Part shown: positions 13,055 to 23,184 of the stretch, in pieces
How positions within the stretch are numbered: the first letter of the stretch is position 1
Layout of the letters: each line of letters opens with the position of its first letter
Assembly: GCA_031431875.1 (NCBI GenBank)
Contig: JANPEF010000026.1
Span: 23,270 to 87,269, forward strand
Direction: 5' to 3'
Origin: Candidatus Eiseniibacteriota bacterium
GTDB taxonomy: Bacteria > Eisenbacteria > RBG-16-71-46 > DASYSL01
DNA length: 64,000 nt
Program-made: the position numbers and the translations under genes
The notes under the pieces: model-generated
Databases searched by the model: none
The model's input: only the letters and a program-made list of their open reading frames with translations
Told to the model about the DNA's origin: nothing

Positions 13055-14446
13055 ATGCCGCGCGTCCTCGTCATCGCCTACTTCTTTCCGCCGCTCGGCG
13101 GCGGCGGCGTGCATCGCCCCCTCGCGTGGGCGCGCTACCTGCCCGAACACGATTGGAACGTGACCGTGATCGCGTCCGCGCCCGGCGGCTACTTCATCGA
13201 CGACGCCACGCTCCTGTCCCGCATCCCGGCCGCGACCGAGGTCATCCGCGTCGGCGCTCCCACGGCGGTCGCGTTGTGGCGGCGCCACCTGGCGCCCTCC
13301 CCGGCCGGTGCGGTCGCCGAGCCCTTGCCGCGCCCCGCTCGCGGCGGCTCCATGAAGGGACTGGTGCGCCGCGACGATGCGTTGCGGGCGGTGGCGCGGT
13401 TCGCGTTCGTGCCGGACTCGTATCGCGCGTGGACCGGGCCCGCCATCCGCGCCGGCCGCGAGCGCATGGCCCGCGGCGACATCGACGCCATTCTCTCGAC
13501 CTCACCGCCCGAGTCGTGCCATCTCGTGGGCGAGGCGCTGGCGCGCCCCACCGCCGGGCCGGTGCTGCCGTGGCTCGCCGACTTCCGCGATCCATGGGTC
13601 GGCCTCCACTACCGCACGCCGCCCACGCCCCTCCACGCGGCGCTGCAGCGCCGTCTCGAGCGCCAAGTGCTCCACCGCGCCGACCGCGTGCTCGTCGCCT
13701 CGCACACGCACGAGCGCACGCTCGAGGGCACCCTGGCCGAGGATCAGGTTCGCGCCCGCGTCCGCTTCCTGCCCAACGGCGCCGAGCTCGAGGAGCTCGA
13801 GGCCAACGGTGACGCGTCGGCCGAAGCGGGCGCGAGTGCGCCTGCGGCGAACGCTCCGGCGGCCGACCCGGCGCGCATCGTCTACACCGGCACGCTGGTC
13901 GAGACCCCGGCGATGCTGCGCTTCCTCGAGGCGCTGGCGCGTCGCCTGAGCTACGAGCCGGGCCGGCGTCGCCACGTCGAGCTCCTGGTCGCGGGTCCGT
14001 TCGGCGAGGAGTACGCCGCCCGCGTGCACGCGCTCGACCTGGACGACGTCGTGCGCTTCGTCGGGCCGGTGCCGAACGCCGACGCGCGACGCCTGCAGAA
14101 GGAGGCAGACGTACTGTTGCTCGTGCGCAACGAGGGCCCGGGCTACGAGGCCATGGTCCCGGGCAAGCTGTACGAGTACCTTGCGGCGCGACGGCCGATC
14201 GTGGCGATGGTCGGGACGAGCGAGGCGTCGGGGCTGGCGCGGGCCTGCGGTGCCGCCGTGGCGGCGCCGAACGACGGCGAGGCGGCGGTAGCGGCGGTGT
14301 TCGCGGTGCTCGACCGCGCGCCGGCGGCCGCGCGGCCCGACGAGGCGGCGATCGCCGCGCTGCTGCGCGCCCGCTCGCGACGTGCGCTGGCGGGAACGCT
14401 GGCGGCCGAGCTGTCGGCCGCGATCGCGGAGCGACGCCCCGCCTAA
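13055..14446 (+). CDS. Glycosyltransferase family 4 (GT-B)
   Basis: VLVIAYFFPPLGGGGV.R, STSPP, ADFRDPW, YTG, PGKLYEYLAARRPI. Confidence 0.9.
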   Translation: MPRVLVIAYFFPPLGGGGVHRPLAWARYLPEHDWNVTVIASAPGGYFIDDATLLSRIPAATEVIRVGAPTAVALWRRHLAPSPAGAVAEPLPRPARGGSMKGLVRRDDALRAVARFAFVPDSYRAWTGPAIRAGRERMARGDIDAILSTSPPESCHLVGEALARPTAGPVLPWLADFRDPWVGLHYRTPPTPLHAALQRRLERQVLHRADRVLVASHTHERTLEGTLAEDQVRARVRFLPNGAELEELEANGDASAEAGASAPAANAPAADPARIVYTGTLVETPAMLRFLEALARRLSYEPGRRRHVELLVAGPFGEEYAARVHALDLDDVVRFVGPVPNADARRLQKEADVLLLVRNEGPGYEAMVPGKLYEYLAARRPIVAMVGTSEASGLARACGAAVAAPNDGEAAVAAVFAVLDRAPAAARPDEAAIAALLRARSRRALAGTLAAELSAAIAERRPA

Positions 14447-15501
14447 TCGAAGTCGGGGCGCTCGACCAGCGTATAGTGGCCGAAGAGATCGCTCTCGAGC
14501 TGCATCCCCGCCACTCCCTGGTCCCACCCCAGCGCATGGCCCATGGCCCGGGCCGCCGCGTCGTCGTTCGCGTCGTAGGCCAGCACGATGAACCCCAGCT
14601 TCTCGAAGATCTCGCGCGGGAACGGACACCGTCCATCGGTCCACGGCCGGTAGGGCTCGTCGGGCTTCGATGGCGCGGGTGACAGATTGTAGATGAGCAC
14701 GCGTCCGCCCGGATTGAGCGCCGCCCACAGGTAGCCCACGAAAGTCGTGTCGTCGACGCCGAGGTTCACGAGCTGGCGTGGATCGGCCGCTCGCTCGGGG
14801 TGGATGTAGCCGCGCTTGAGCGTGTTCTTCGACAGGATGAGGTCGAACCCGCCGAGGACCTCCCGCCGCACCGCCGCGTCCGCGGGCCAGCGGCCGTGCA
14901 CCGCGCGCGCCGAACCGCCCGCTGCGGTCCGCCGCCCCGCAAGCGCCGGCTCGCCGGCGTACAGCGCGCGCAGCAACGGATCGACGTCGACGCCGACCGC
15001 GTGCGCGCCGGCGGCGGCCAGCAGGCCGATCGATCCGGCGCCGCCGTAGCCGAAGTCGAGGATGCGCTTGCCGGCGAGCGTCGACAGACCCGCCTCGCCC
15101 GCCACCTCGAGCGCCCGCGCGTAGGCCACCGGCGTGCCGTATCGCGTGAAGTACCAGAACCCTTCGCGCAGGTCCCGGCGCACGAGCCGGGCCCGCGTCG
15201 TGTCGGGCAGCATCGACACGTCGTCCTCGTTCCAGTACGCGGTCGCGGCCGAGTCGCGCCAGACGGTGCGCGCCCGCGGCGCCGGCAGCAGCGGTACCGC
15301 GGCAAGGAAGCGCTCGACGACCGGCGTGGTACACAGCGGCGCGACCGCCACGGCATCGCGCGTGAGCGCGGCCACGACGCTGGTGTCGGCGGTGTCGGGC
15401 GCGGCCGGCGCGCGGACGGCGCAGACGGGTGCGGGGATGAGCAGTGCCAGCGCCGCGGCGAGCGCGAGCATCCCGAGCGCCGCCGCTTCGCGGCGGGACA
15501 T
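14443..15501 (-). CDS. Exported class I SAM-dependent methyltransferase-fold protein
   Basis: MSRREAAALGMLALAAALALL signal-like N-terminus; motif I ILDFGYGG, AVGVDVD, FDLILSKNTL, LNPGGRVLI. Confidence 0.65.
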   Translation of the reverse strand: MSRREAAALGMLALAAALALLIPAPVCAVRAPAAPDTADTSVVAALTRDAVAVAPLCTTPVVERFLAAVPLLPAPRARTVWRDSAATAYWNEDDVSMLPDTTRARLVRRDLREGFWYFTRYGTPVAYARALEVAGEAGLSTLAGKRILDFGYGGAGSIGLLAAAGAHAVGVDVDPLLRALYAGEPALAGRRTAAGGSARAVHGRWPADAAVRREVLGGFDLILSKNTLKRGYIHPERAADPRQLVNLGVDDTTFVGYLWAALNPGGRVLIYNLSPAPSKPDEPYRPWTDGRCPFPREIFEKLGFIVLAYDANDDAAARAMGHALGWDQGVAGMQLESDLFGHYTLVERPDFD

Positions 15502-15515
15502 GGCTTCGCGGCGCA

Positions 15516-17426
15516 CTATCGCGCCGCGGGCGCCGCGCCGCCGGTCACCAGGCGCAGGCGATCGAGGAACGGCTCGGGTCGCATGAAGCCGACGACGCGC
15601 GCGGCCGCAACCTCGTTCCCGTCGGCGCCGAGGAACACGATGGTGGGGACGCCTGCAATCGCGAAGCGCTCGCGCAGCGCTTCCGACTCGGGGGAATCGA
15701 AGCGGGTCAGGTCCACCTTCATGCGCACGAAGCCGGAGGCGACGCGCACGACCGCGGGATCGGTGAACGTGATCTCCTCGAGCTCGTGGCATGGCACGCA
15801 CCACTCAGCGGCGAAGTCGATCATGACCGGCGTGCCGGAGGTCCGCGCAGTCGCCAGCGCGGCGTCATCGAAGGCGGCGAACTCGAGGGCCGGCGCGGCC
15901 GGGCGGAAGACGATCAGCACCGAGGCGACGATCGCGGCGACGCCGACCGCCCACTTGAAGCGACGGAACGCGGGTCGATCCCGCCCGGTGGGCTCGAGGA
16001 AGCCGAGGTACAGGCCGCCCAGGCCCAGCGCCGCCGGCACGACCCAGCCGACGTGCTTCGGGGCGATCGCCAGCGTCAGGTAGAACAAGGCGACGGCGAG
16101 CAGGATCACGCCGAAGAGATGCTTCACCCAGTCCATCCACGAGCCCGAACGCGGCAGGCGCGTCATCAGTCCCGAGAACACGGCGAGCACCAGGTAAGGC
16201 AGCCCCAGCCCCAGCGACAGGACGAAGAACGCCTGGAAGCCGAAGATCGGGTCCCCCTTCGCCCCGACGTGGGCGAGCAGGGCGATGATGGGCGCGCCGA
16301 TGCATGGCGCGGCGAATACGCCGACCATCAAGCCGGCGATAAACGTGCCGACGTAGCCCGCTCCCGTCGCGCCGCCCAGCTTCGACAGGAGCCCGCTCGG
16401 CGCCTGGATCTCGTAGAAGCCGAACATGGACAGGGACAGCGCGAGCAGCAGGAGCCCGATCCCGCCCAGCACCCACGGACTCGCCAGCCAGCCGCCGAAC
16501 AACCCGCCGGTCAGCGCCGCAATCACGCCCAGCGTCGAGTACATGAGCGCGATTCCGAGCACGTAGACGATGGCGCGCGGCAGTGCGCGCAGGTTGCCCC
16601 GCAACGAGCCGGATGACGCCGACGCGGCGGCGCCGCCGAACAGCGATACGGTCACGCCCATCATCGGGTACACGCACGGGGTCAGGTTGAGCGCGAGGCC
16701 CATGAGGAAGATGAAGAGGAACGCGAGCCCGGTACCGCGCTCGTCGAACCAGCGCCCGACCAGGTTGTCCGCGGCGGGCGCCGCACGCGCGGGCGCGACT
16801 CCACCGGGGGGCGGCCCCGTCTCGAACCCCGCGATCGGCGCGAGCGTGGTGTCGGCCGGCGCGACGGGCGCGAGTTCGCTCGCGCTCGAGTCGACGGCGC
16901 CACCCGCGGGCACCTCGCCGGCGACGGTGACCGCGAAGCGCACGGGCACCGAGGCCGGCGGCAGGCACACCTGGTCGTTGCAGCCCTGGAAGCGCAGCGT
17001 TCCCGCGATCGTGCGCGGGCCGGGCGTGGCATCGGCCGCGGCGCTCAGCGGCAGGACGATCGTCGCCGTCCCCTCGTACACCGCGAGGGGCGTCTCCGAG
17101 AACGACAGCGTGACCTGGTGCGCGGCGGGGTAACGCGGCGCGCCGGGCCGCACACCCGGAGCGGCCGGCAGCGCGAGCACGGAGGGCACGAGGAAGTCCT
17201 CGTTCGGGCGATTGGCGTTGATGTGCCACGTCGGCAGGACGTCGAACGTGATCGTCACCTCGATCGTCGCACCGGGCGCGATCGTGACGGGTGGGATCGG
17301 ATGCACGCGCACCAGTTCGCTCGCCGGCGGCGGTGACGCGGACTCCTGGGCGGCGACCGTGGCGACGTGTGGGGCGCCGAGCATGAGCGCAGCGAATGCG
17401 AGGGCCGAACCGAGCTGGCGAATCAT
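15516..17426 (-). CDS. dsbD: Thiol:disulfide interchange protein DsbD
   Basis: N-domain WHIN...QGCNDQVCLPP; TM domain LNLTPCVYPM and APCIGAP; thioredoxin DFAAEWCVPC. Confidence 0.93.
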   Translation of the reverse strand: MIRQLGSALAFAALMLGAPHVATVAAQESASPPPASELVRVHPIPPVTIAPGATIEVTITFDVLPTWHINANRPNEDFLVPSVLALPAAPGVRPGAPRYPAAHQVTLSFSETPLAVYEGTATIVLPLSAAADATPGPRTIAGTLRFQGCNDQVCLPPASVPVRFAVTVAGEVPAGGAVDSSASELAPVAPADTTLAPIAGFETGPPPGGVAPARAAPAADNLVGRWFDERGTGLAFLFIFLMGLALNLTPCVYPMMGVTVSLFGGAAASASSGSLRGNLRALPRAIVYVLGIALMYSTLGVIAALTGGLFGGWLASPWVLGGIGLLLLALSLSMFGFYEIQAPSGLLSKLGGATGAGYVGTFIAGLMVGVFAAPCIGAPIIALLAHVGAKGDPIFGFQAFFVLSLGLGLPYLVLAVFSGLMTRLPRSGSWMDWVKHLFGVILLAVALFYLTLAIAPKHVGWVVPAALGLGGLYLGFLEPTGRDRPAFRRFKWAVGVAAIVASVLIVFRPAAPALEFAAFDDAALATARTSGTPVMIDFAAEWCVPCHELEEITFTDPAVVRVASGFVRMKVDLTRFDSPESEALRERFAIAGVPTIVFLGADGNEVAAARVVGFMRPEPFLDRLRLVTGGAAPAAR

Positions 17427-17433
17427 CGGACTC

Positions 17434-18141
17434 CTATTTCTTTCCCGCGGACTTGCCCTTCACACCCGGCGTTTCGCCGGGCAGGAGCGGCGGCGCGAGC
17501 TGCCGGAACGGCACGAGGTTGTTGACCGCGGGCACGGAGCGAAGGTAGGCGAAGATCGCCTTCAGGTCGTCGTCCGACAGATTGCCGTAGGCGAGGCTGG
17601 GCATCGGAGGCTTGAGCGTGCCCTCGCGGAGGATGTAGATGAACGCTTCCTCGTTCCAGCCGCCGATGCCGGTGGTCGGATCGGGCGTGAGGTTGCGCCC
17701 GAACGTGACGCCCCACGGCCCGGCGAACGCGGTTCCCGACGGCGCGACGATCATGCCCATCCCGGCGTCCCACAGCGAGTCCGACCAGGTCGCGTACGGA
17801 TCGGCGCTGCGATGGCCGGCGAGCATGAATCCGGGAACGATCTTTCCGTCGGGTCCTTTCGGCGAGTGGCAGTCGACGCAACCGAGCACGTCGGCGAGGA
17901 ACTTTCCGCGAGCAACCGGATCGCCACCCGGGCCGGACGTGCCGGGCCCGGCCGAGCCCGCGGTGACCACGGGCTCGCCCGTCGTGGTCAGCGGCGTCGA
18001 CGGGGTGGCAGCAGGTGTGGCAGGCGAAGCGGACGCGGCGTCGGCGACGCGCGCCGACCGGGCGGCGCAACCCGCCCAGGCGATGCACGCCATGACGCAC
18101 GAAACGAGGACCAGCGGACGGAGCAGTGAGCGGAGTCGCAT
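17434..18141 (-). CDS. Monoheme c-type cytochrome lipoprotein
   Basis: GGAGG RBS; lipobox AWAGC; RGKFLA..GCVDCHSP; FAGPWG..NLTPD..TGIG.W; PPMP axial Met. Confidence 0.88.
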   Translation of the reverse strand: MRLRSLLRPLVLVSCVMACIAWAGCAARSARVADAASASPATPAATPSTPLTTTGEPVVTAGSAGPGTSGPGGDPVARGKFLADVLGCVDCHSPKGPDGKIVPGFMLAGHRSADPYATWSDSLWDAGMGMIVAPSGTAFAGPWGVTFGRNLTPDPTTGIGGWNEEAFIYILREGTLKPPMPSLAYGNLSDDDLKAIFAYLRSVPAVNNLVPFRQLAPPLLPGETPGVKGKSAGKK

Positions 18142-18383
18142 CCAGGGACCTCCATGCAGGGTACGGGCGCCGCCGGCGGGCCGGGAATGGGGTGCGCCTC
18201 CGATTCTGGCAGCCGCCGGACCGGGGCGGAAAGCGGAATCGTCCGAGGGCTGTTCCGCGCGCTGCGCTTGACGCAGAGTTGTCGCCTGCGCGACGGTATC
18301 CTCACGCATCATGGCCGTCTTGCCTTCATCCCCGCGCCCCCCACGGGCGACCTGGTCTCGTACGCTCCCGGAGGAGTCGTCTC

Positions 18384-21170
18384 ATGTCGTTGCGTCCGCT
18401 CTTCGCGCGCGCGGCGTTCACCTGCGCGCTCGTCGCGTCCGTGTCCGCGTTCGCCCTGCCCGCCCTGGCCGATCAGAAGCCCTTCCCCGACGGCGCCCCC
18501 CCCGCCGGCAAGTCGTCCGGCGACAAGGACAAGAAGGACGGGAAGTCCGCCACCCCCGAAAGCGGCTTCGGGGAGTGGAGCAAGGTCACCAAGGACGCGA
18601 CACGCAAGGACGGCATGTTCCCGGCGTGGACCAAGCGCGAGATCATCTATTGGGAGATCAAGCAGGACCGCCTGGGCAAGCCGTTCCTCATGAACGCGCA
18701 CTTCGCCCGCGGCATCGGCACCGCCTACACGCTGGGCGGCCTGCCGATCGTCGACGGCATGGTGCAGTTCGAGCGCAACGGCGACCGCATCTTCCTCGTC
18801 GCGCCGACGACCAGCATCTTCGCCAGCTCGGGGGACACCGCGTACAAGCGCGCCGTCGACCTGTCGTTCGGCAGCTCCGCGCTGCAGGCGTTCAAGATCG
18901 AGAGCGAAAAGGATTCGACGGTCCTCATCGACATGGCGCCGATGTTCGCCAGCGACTGCCTCGACCTGACCACGCGGCTCAAGAGCTCGACCAACAAGGG
19001 GTTCCGCTTCGACAAGGAGCGCTCGGCGGTCACCTCGCACAAGGCGTTCCCCAGGAACATGGAAGTCGAGGCGCTGCTCACGTTCTCGCCGAACGACCGC
19101 GAGAACCTCGACGTCGGCCCGCTGGCGGACAGTCGCTACGTGCCGATCACGGTCCACTACAGCTTCCTCGAGCTGCCCGAGTCGCCGATGGCCCCGCGGC
19201 TCGCCGACGATCGCGCGGGATACTTCACCAACGCGTACAAGGACATGAGCCGCGACGGCAAGACCGATTACTGGCTGCGCTACATCAACCGCTGGCGCCT
19301 GGAGAAGAAGGACCCGACGGCCGCGGTGTCCGAACCGAAGCAGCCGATCGTGTTCTACCTCGACAAGACCATCCCGGCCGAGTGGAAGCCGTACGTGAAG
19401 GCGGGAATCGAGGAGTGGCAGAAGGCGTTCGAGCAGGCAGGCTTCAAGAACGCGATCATCGCCAAGGATGCGCCGATGGACGATCCCGACTGGGATGCCG
19501 AGGACGCGCGCTACTCGACGATCCGCTGGATCGTGTCGCACGAGCCGAGCTTCGGCGCGATCGGACCCAGCCAGACCGACCCGCGCACCGGCGAGATCCT
19601 GAACGCTGACATCCTGATGGAAGGCAGCATGATCGTCGGTTACTCGAACAACTGGCGGCGCTGGGCCGCCCCCGACGTGGTCGATCAGGCGATGAACCTG
19701 CCGACGCAGGAGTGGCTGAAGAACGTCACCGATCCGTCGCACCTGTGCATGGCCGGAATCGGCCACGCCAGCGAGGCCGAGTTCCTGTCCACCGCGCTCG
19801 CCCTGACCGGTGTGACGCCCCCGGGCGAGCCGGCGCCGAAGGAGTTCGTCGGTGCGGGCCTCAAGGCGGTGACGATGCACGAGGTCGGGCACACACTCGG
19901 GCTGCGTCACAACTTCAAGTCCTCGACCGACGTCCCGCGCGAGATGCTGCAGGACAAGGCGTGGGTCGCCCAGAACGGCCTGGTCGGCTCGATCATGGAC
20001 TACGACACGCCGAACGTCTCGTCCGACCCGGCACGCCAGGGCTACTACTGGTCGCCGACCGTCGGCACCTACGACAACTGGGTGATCCGCTACGGCTACA
20101 CGCCGACCTCGGCCACGACGGCGGAGGACGACTACAAGCTCGTCACGCCGATCGCGCGCGAGGCGACCGCCGACGGTCACCTCTATGGCACCGACGAGGA
20201 CACCTACCCGGCCGACGCGCTCGACCCGCGCTGCAACATCTACGACCTGGGTGCGAGCCCGCTCGCGTTCTCCAAGGACCGCGTCGCCTACGTCCAGAAC
20301 CTGTGGAACACGCCGGGCCTCGAGAGCAAGTTGATGAAGGAGGGCGATTCGTACGTCGCCCTGCGCCGCGCGATGGACTCGATGCTGCTGCAGTATGCGC
20401 GCGGGCTGTCGCACGCCCGCAAGTACGTCGGCGGCCAGTACGCGCACAAGGTGATGAAGGGTGATCCGGGCGAGAGCGGGCCGTTCACGCACGTGCCGCC
20501 GGCCGAGCAGAAGGAGGCGATGGACTTCCTCGCCCAACGCGCCTTCTCCGCCGAGGCGATGAACGTGCCGCCGGCACTGCTCGACAAGATCGGCAAGGAC
20601 CAGCAGTGGGACTGGGGCAACAACCTGTTCGCCTATGGGCGGCAGGACTATCCCTTCCTGTCGCGTGTCCTCGCCATCCAGGTGGGCGCCATGAACGGCA
20701 TCTCCGAGCCCTCGCTGCTGTCGCGCCTGCGCGAGCAGGAATCGCGCGTCGGCGCCGGTGCGTTCCGCGTGCAGGACGTGTTCTCGCGGCTGACCGGCTC
20801 GATCTGCAGCGAGCTCGGCGTCGCCGGTTCCGTTCCGGCGGCGGGTGCGGCCAAGTACGCCGCGCTCGATCGTCCGAACACGCGCCGCGGCCTGCAGCGC
20901 GCCTACGTCGACCGCCTCTCGGAGATGGTGATCAACCCGTCGCCGGCGGCGCCGGAGGATGCCCCGGCCCTGGCGCGGCTCCACCTGACGCGGATCGCCG
21001 ACGCCTGCCAGCGCGGACTGGGCCCCGCCGGCCCCGGCAGCGACACCGTGCGCGCGCACCTGATGGAGCTGCGGGCCCGGGCCCGCCGCGCCCTCGAGGC
21101 GCAGCGCGAAGTGCCAGGCGTCCCGCGGCCCAACCCCATCGCGGGCGGGACCGCCGCCACGGCAAGATAA
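18384..21170 (+). CDS. Exported zinc-dependent metalloprotease (DUF5117/DUF4953, EcxA-like)
   Basis: GGAGG RBS, signal peptide; PRLADDRAGYF, YINRWRLEK, DPRTGEIL, metzincin HEVGHTLGLRHNF and Met-turn SIMDY. Confidence 0.9.
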   Translation: MSLRPLFARAAFTCALVASVSAFALPALADQKPFPDGAPPAGKSSGDKDKKDGKSATPESGFGEWSKVTKDATRKDGMFPAWTKREIIYWEIKQDRLGKPFLMNAHFARGIGTAYTLGGLPIVDGMVQFERNGDRIFLVAPTTSIFASSGDTAYKRAVDLSFGSSALQAFKIESEKDSTVLIDMAPMFASDCLDLTTRLKSSTNKGFRFDKERSAVTSHKAFPRNMEVEALLTFSPNDRENLDVGPLADSRYVPITVHYSFLELPESPMAPRLADDRAGYFTNAYKDMSRDGKTDYWLRYINRWRLEKKDPTAAVSEPKQPIVFYLDKTIPAEWKPYVKAGIEEWQKAFEQAGFKNAIIAKDAPMDDPDWDAEDARYSTIRWIVSHEPSFGAIGPSQTDPRTGEILNADILMEGSMIVGYSNNWRRWAAPDVVDQAMNLPTQEWLKNVTDPSHLCMAGIGHASEAEFLSTALALTGVTPPGEPAPKEFVGAGLKAVTMHEVGHTLGLRHNFKSSTDVPREMLQDKAWVAQNGLVGSIMDYDTPNVSSDPARQGYYWSPTVGTYDNWVIRYGYTPTSATTAEDDYKLVTPIAREATADGHLYGTDEDTYPADALDPRCNIYDLGASPLAFSKDRVAYVQNLWNTPGLESKLMKEGDSYVALRRAMDSMLLQYARGLSHARKYVGGQYAHKVMKGDPGESGPFTHVPPAEQKEAMDFLAQRAFSAEAMNVPPALLDKIGKDQQWDWGNNLFAYGRQDYPFLSRVLAIQVGAMNGISEPSLLSRLREQESRVGAGAFRVQDVFSRLTGSICSELGVAGSVPAAGAAKYAALDRPNTRRGLQRAYVDRLSEMVINPSPAAPEDAPALARLHLTRIADACQRGLGPAGPGSDTVRAHLMELRARARRALEAQREVPGVPRPNPIAGGTAATAR

Positions 21171-21183
21171 CGGCTCCCCATGT

Positions 21184-21205
21184 TGGCTCCCCGAAGGGGG
21201 AGCCA
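21184..21205. terminator. GC-rich hairpin after metalloprotease gene
   Basis: TGGCTCCCC-GAAG-GGGGAGCCA; weak U tract. Confidence 0.45.
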
Positions 21206-21334
21206 GGGTTTCGGCGAACGGCCCCGGTGCAGCCCAGCCGGGGCCTTTCGCTTGCCCGGCATCGCGCCCCTCCGCGCCCGGCCAGGCTCCAAACCAGCCC
21301 CAATAACTTGTCCCTTCGGGACGGAAACTCCCGG

Positions 21335-21364
21335 TTGATCCCGCCGCCGCGGGTGGCGTACACT
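21335..21364 (+). promoter_or_regulatory. possible sigma70-type promoter of rho
   Basis: TTGATC-N18-TACACT. Confidence 0.35.
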
Positions 21365-21563
21365 CTGCCTGTGCGATCGCCGTTCGATCGCACGGCTCGC
21401 GCGGTCGAAACGACGCGCGCGGACGGTGCACCTGCCCGTCCCGATCCCGGCGGCACCCCGCCGCTCACCGGTGTTCCGGTGACGGCCCCGGCCCGCCCGG
21501 CCGCAGCTCCAGCGGCCACACGCATTTCGTGCCACCGAACCAGAAAACGCGAGTGTTCCCATA

Positions 21564-23147
21564 GTGAAACGCACCACCTCCGGCTCCTTCGGCCGTCGTC
21601 CCGCACGCAAGACCACCGGACCCTCGCCCGCTTCGTCGAGCGCATCCCCCATGCGTCCGGCCGGCCCGGCCCCGTCCGCCCCTCCGCCGTCCTATGCCCC
21701 CGCGCCTCCGCGCGAGCGCAACGATGAGCCTCGTCCGCCGCGGGAAGCCCGGCCGCCGCGCGAACAGCGCGATGCCCGCCCGGCCCGCGATGGCCGTCCT
21801 CCCCGCGAGGGGCGCGAAGTCCGCGAGCCTCGCCCGCAGCCCGGGTACGGCACGCGTGCACCGCGTCCCCAGCCGGGCCCCGGCGCCGATCCCGGTGCCC
21901 GCAGCGAAACCGGTGCCCGTGGCCCGGCCGAGGGCCCGCGCGGCGAACGCCGCCGAGGTCGCGGCGGCCGCCGCGCCGGGGGCCGCCCCGAGGGCGTTCG
22001 TCCCGACGGCACGCGCGACTCGCGCGACGTCCCGCGTGGGGATCGCCCGCCCGAGCGGCAGCCCAGCAGCAACGGGTACGGAGCGCAGCGCGGACCGCGC
22101 CCGGCGCCTTCGTCCCAGCCACGTACCAACGGCTTCCGGCGGGCCGATGGCGGCCCGACCGATCGCGCGGGCGAACGCCAGCGCTACGGCGGCGGCGGCT
22201 ACGGTGGCGCGCCTTCGCGCGGGGGCGGCTTCGCCGGTGGTCGCGGTCGCGGCGGCCGGGACCGCCGCGAGGCGCCGTTCACCGACGTGCTCAAGGAACT
22301 TCAGCAGCAGGTCTCGATCGATCCGAACGAGCGCCTCAAGCTCGAGCTGACGTCCGACGGCCTGTCCATGCGCGCGCTCGACATCATCTCGCCCATCGGC
22401 AAGGGTCAGCGCTGCCTCATCACCGCGCCGCCCAAGGCCGGCAAGACGACGCTCCTGCAGGAGGTCGCCGTCTCGCTGGCGAAGAATCATCCCGAGATCG
22501 AAGTCGTCGTGCTGCTGGTCGACGAACGGCCCGAGGAGGTCACACACTTCCGGCGCTCCGTCCCGTGCGAGGTGCTGGCCGCCTCCAGCGACCAGACGTC
22601 GGCCGAGCACGTCGAGATCGCCGAGAAGGCGCTCACCCGCGTGCTCGTGCCGGTGCTCGACGGCAAGGACGTGGTCGTCCTGCTCGACTCGATCACGCGC
22701 CTCGCGCGCGCCTACAACACGACGTTCCAGGGCATCGGCCGCACGCTTTCGGGCGGTCTCGACGCAGCCACCATGCAGGTGCCGCGGCAGATCTTCGGTG
22801 CCGCGCGCAACATCGAGGGTGGCGGCAGCCTCACCATCCTCGGCACGGCGCTGATCGAGACCGGTTCGCGCATGGACGAGGTGATCTTCCAGGAGTTCAA
22901 GGGCACCGGAAACATGGAGCTCGTGCTGTCGCGCCAGCTGTTCGAGCGCCGCGTGTTCCCATGCATCGACATCAAGGCCAGCGGCACCCGCAAGGAAGAG
23001 AAGCTCTACGGCCCCGACGAGATGCGCGCGATCAACAACCTGCGCCGCCGGCTGTCCGAGCGCGACTCCGAGAGCGCGATGAACGAGTTGCTCGAACTGT
23101 TGCGCATGTATCCCACGAACGAGCAGCTTCTCGCCAAGCTCATGTAG
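21564..23147 (+). CDS. rho: Transcription termination factor Rho, atypical (disordered N-terminus, no OB-fold)
   Basis: PIGKGQR, Walker A APPKAGKT, DERPEEVT, LLDSITRLARAYN, FKGTGNMEL, SGTRKEE; start GTG 21564 or ATG 21651. Confidence 0.92.
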   Translation: MKRTTSGSFGRRPARKTTGPSPASSSASPMRPAGPAPSAPPPSYAPAPPRERNDEPRPPREARPPREQRDARPARDGRPPREGREVREPRPQPGYGTRAPRPQPGPGADPGARSETGARGPAEGPRGERRRGRGGRRAGGRPEGVRPDGTRDSRDVPRGDRPPERQPSSNGYGAQRGPRPAPSSQPRTNGFRRADGGPTDRAGERQRYGGGGYGGAPSRGGGFAGGRGRGGRDRREAPFTDVLKELQQQVSIDPNERLKLELTSDGLSMRALDIISPIGKGQRCLITAPPKAGKTTLLQEVAVSLAKNHPEIEVVVLLVDERPEEVTHFRRSVPCEVLAASSDQTSAEHVEIAEKALTRVLVPVLDGKDVVVLLDSITRLARAYNTTFQGIGRTLSGGLDAATMQVPRQIFGAARNIEGGGSLTILGTALIETGSRMDEVIFQEFKGTGNMELVLSRQLFERRVFPCIDIKASGTRKEEKLYGPDEMRAINNLRRRLSERDSESAMNELLELLRMYPTNEQLLAKLM

Positions 23148-23184
23148 CGAAGCTGGTTTCAAGACCGCGGCGCACGGAGGCCCC

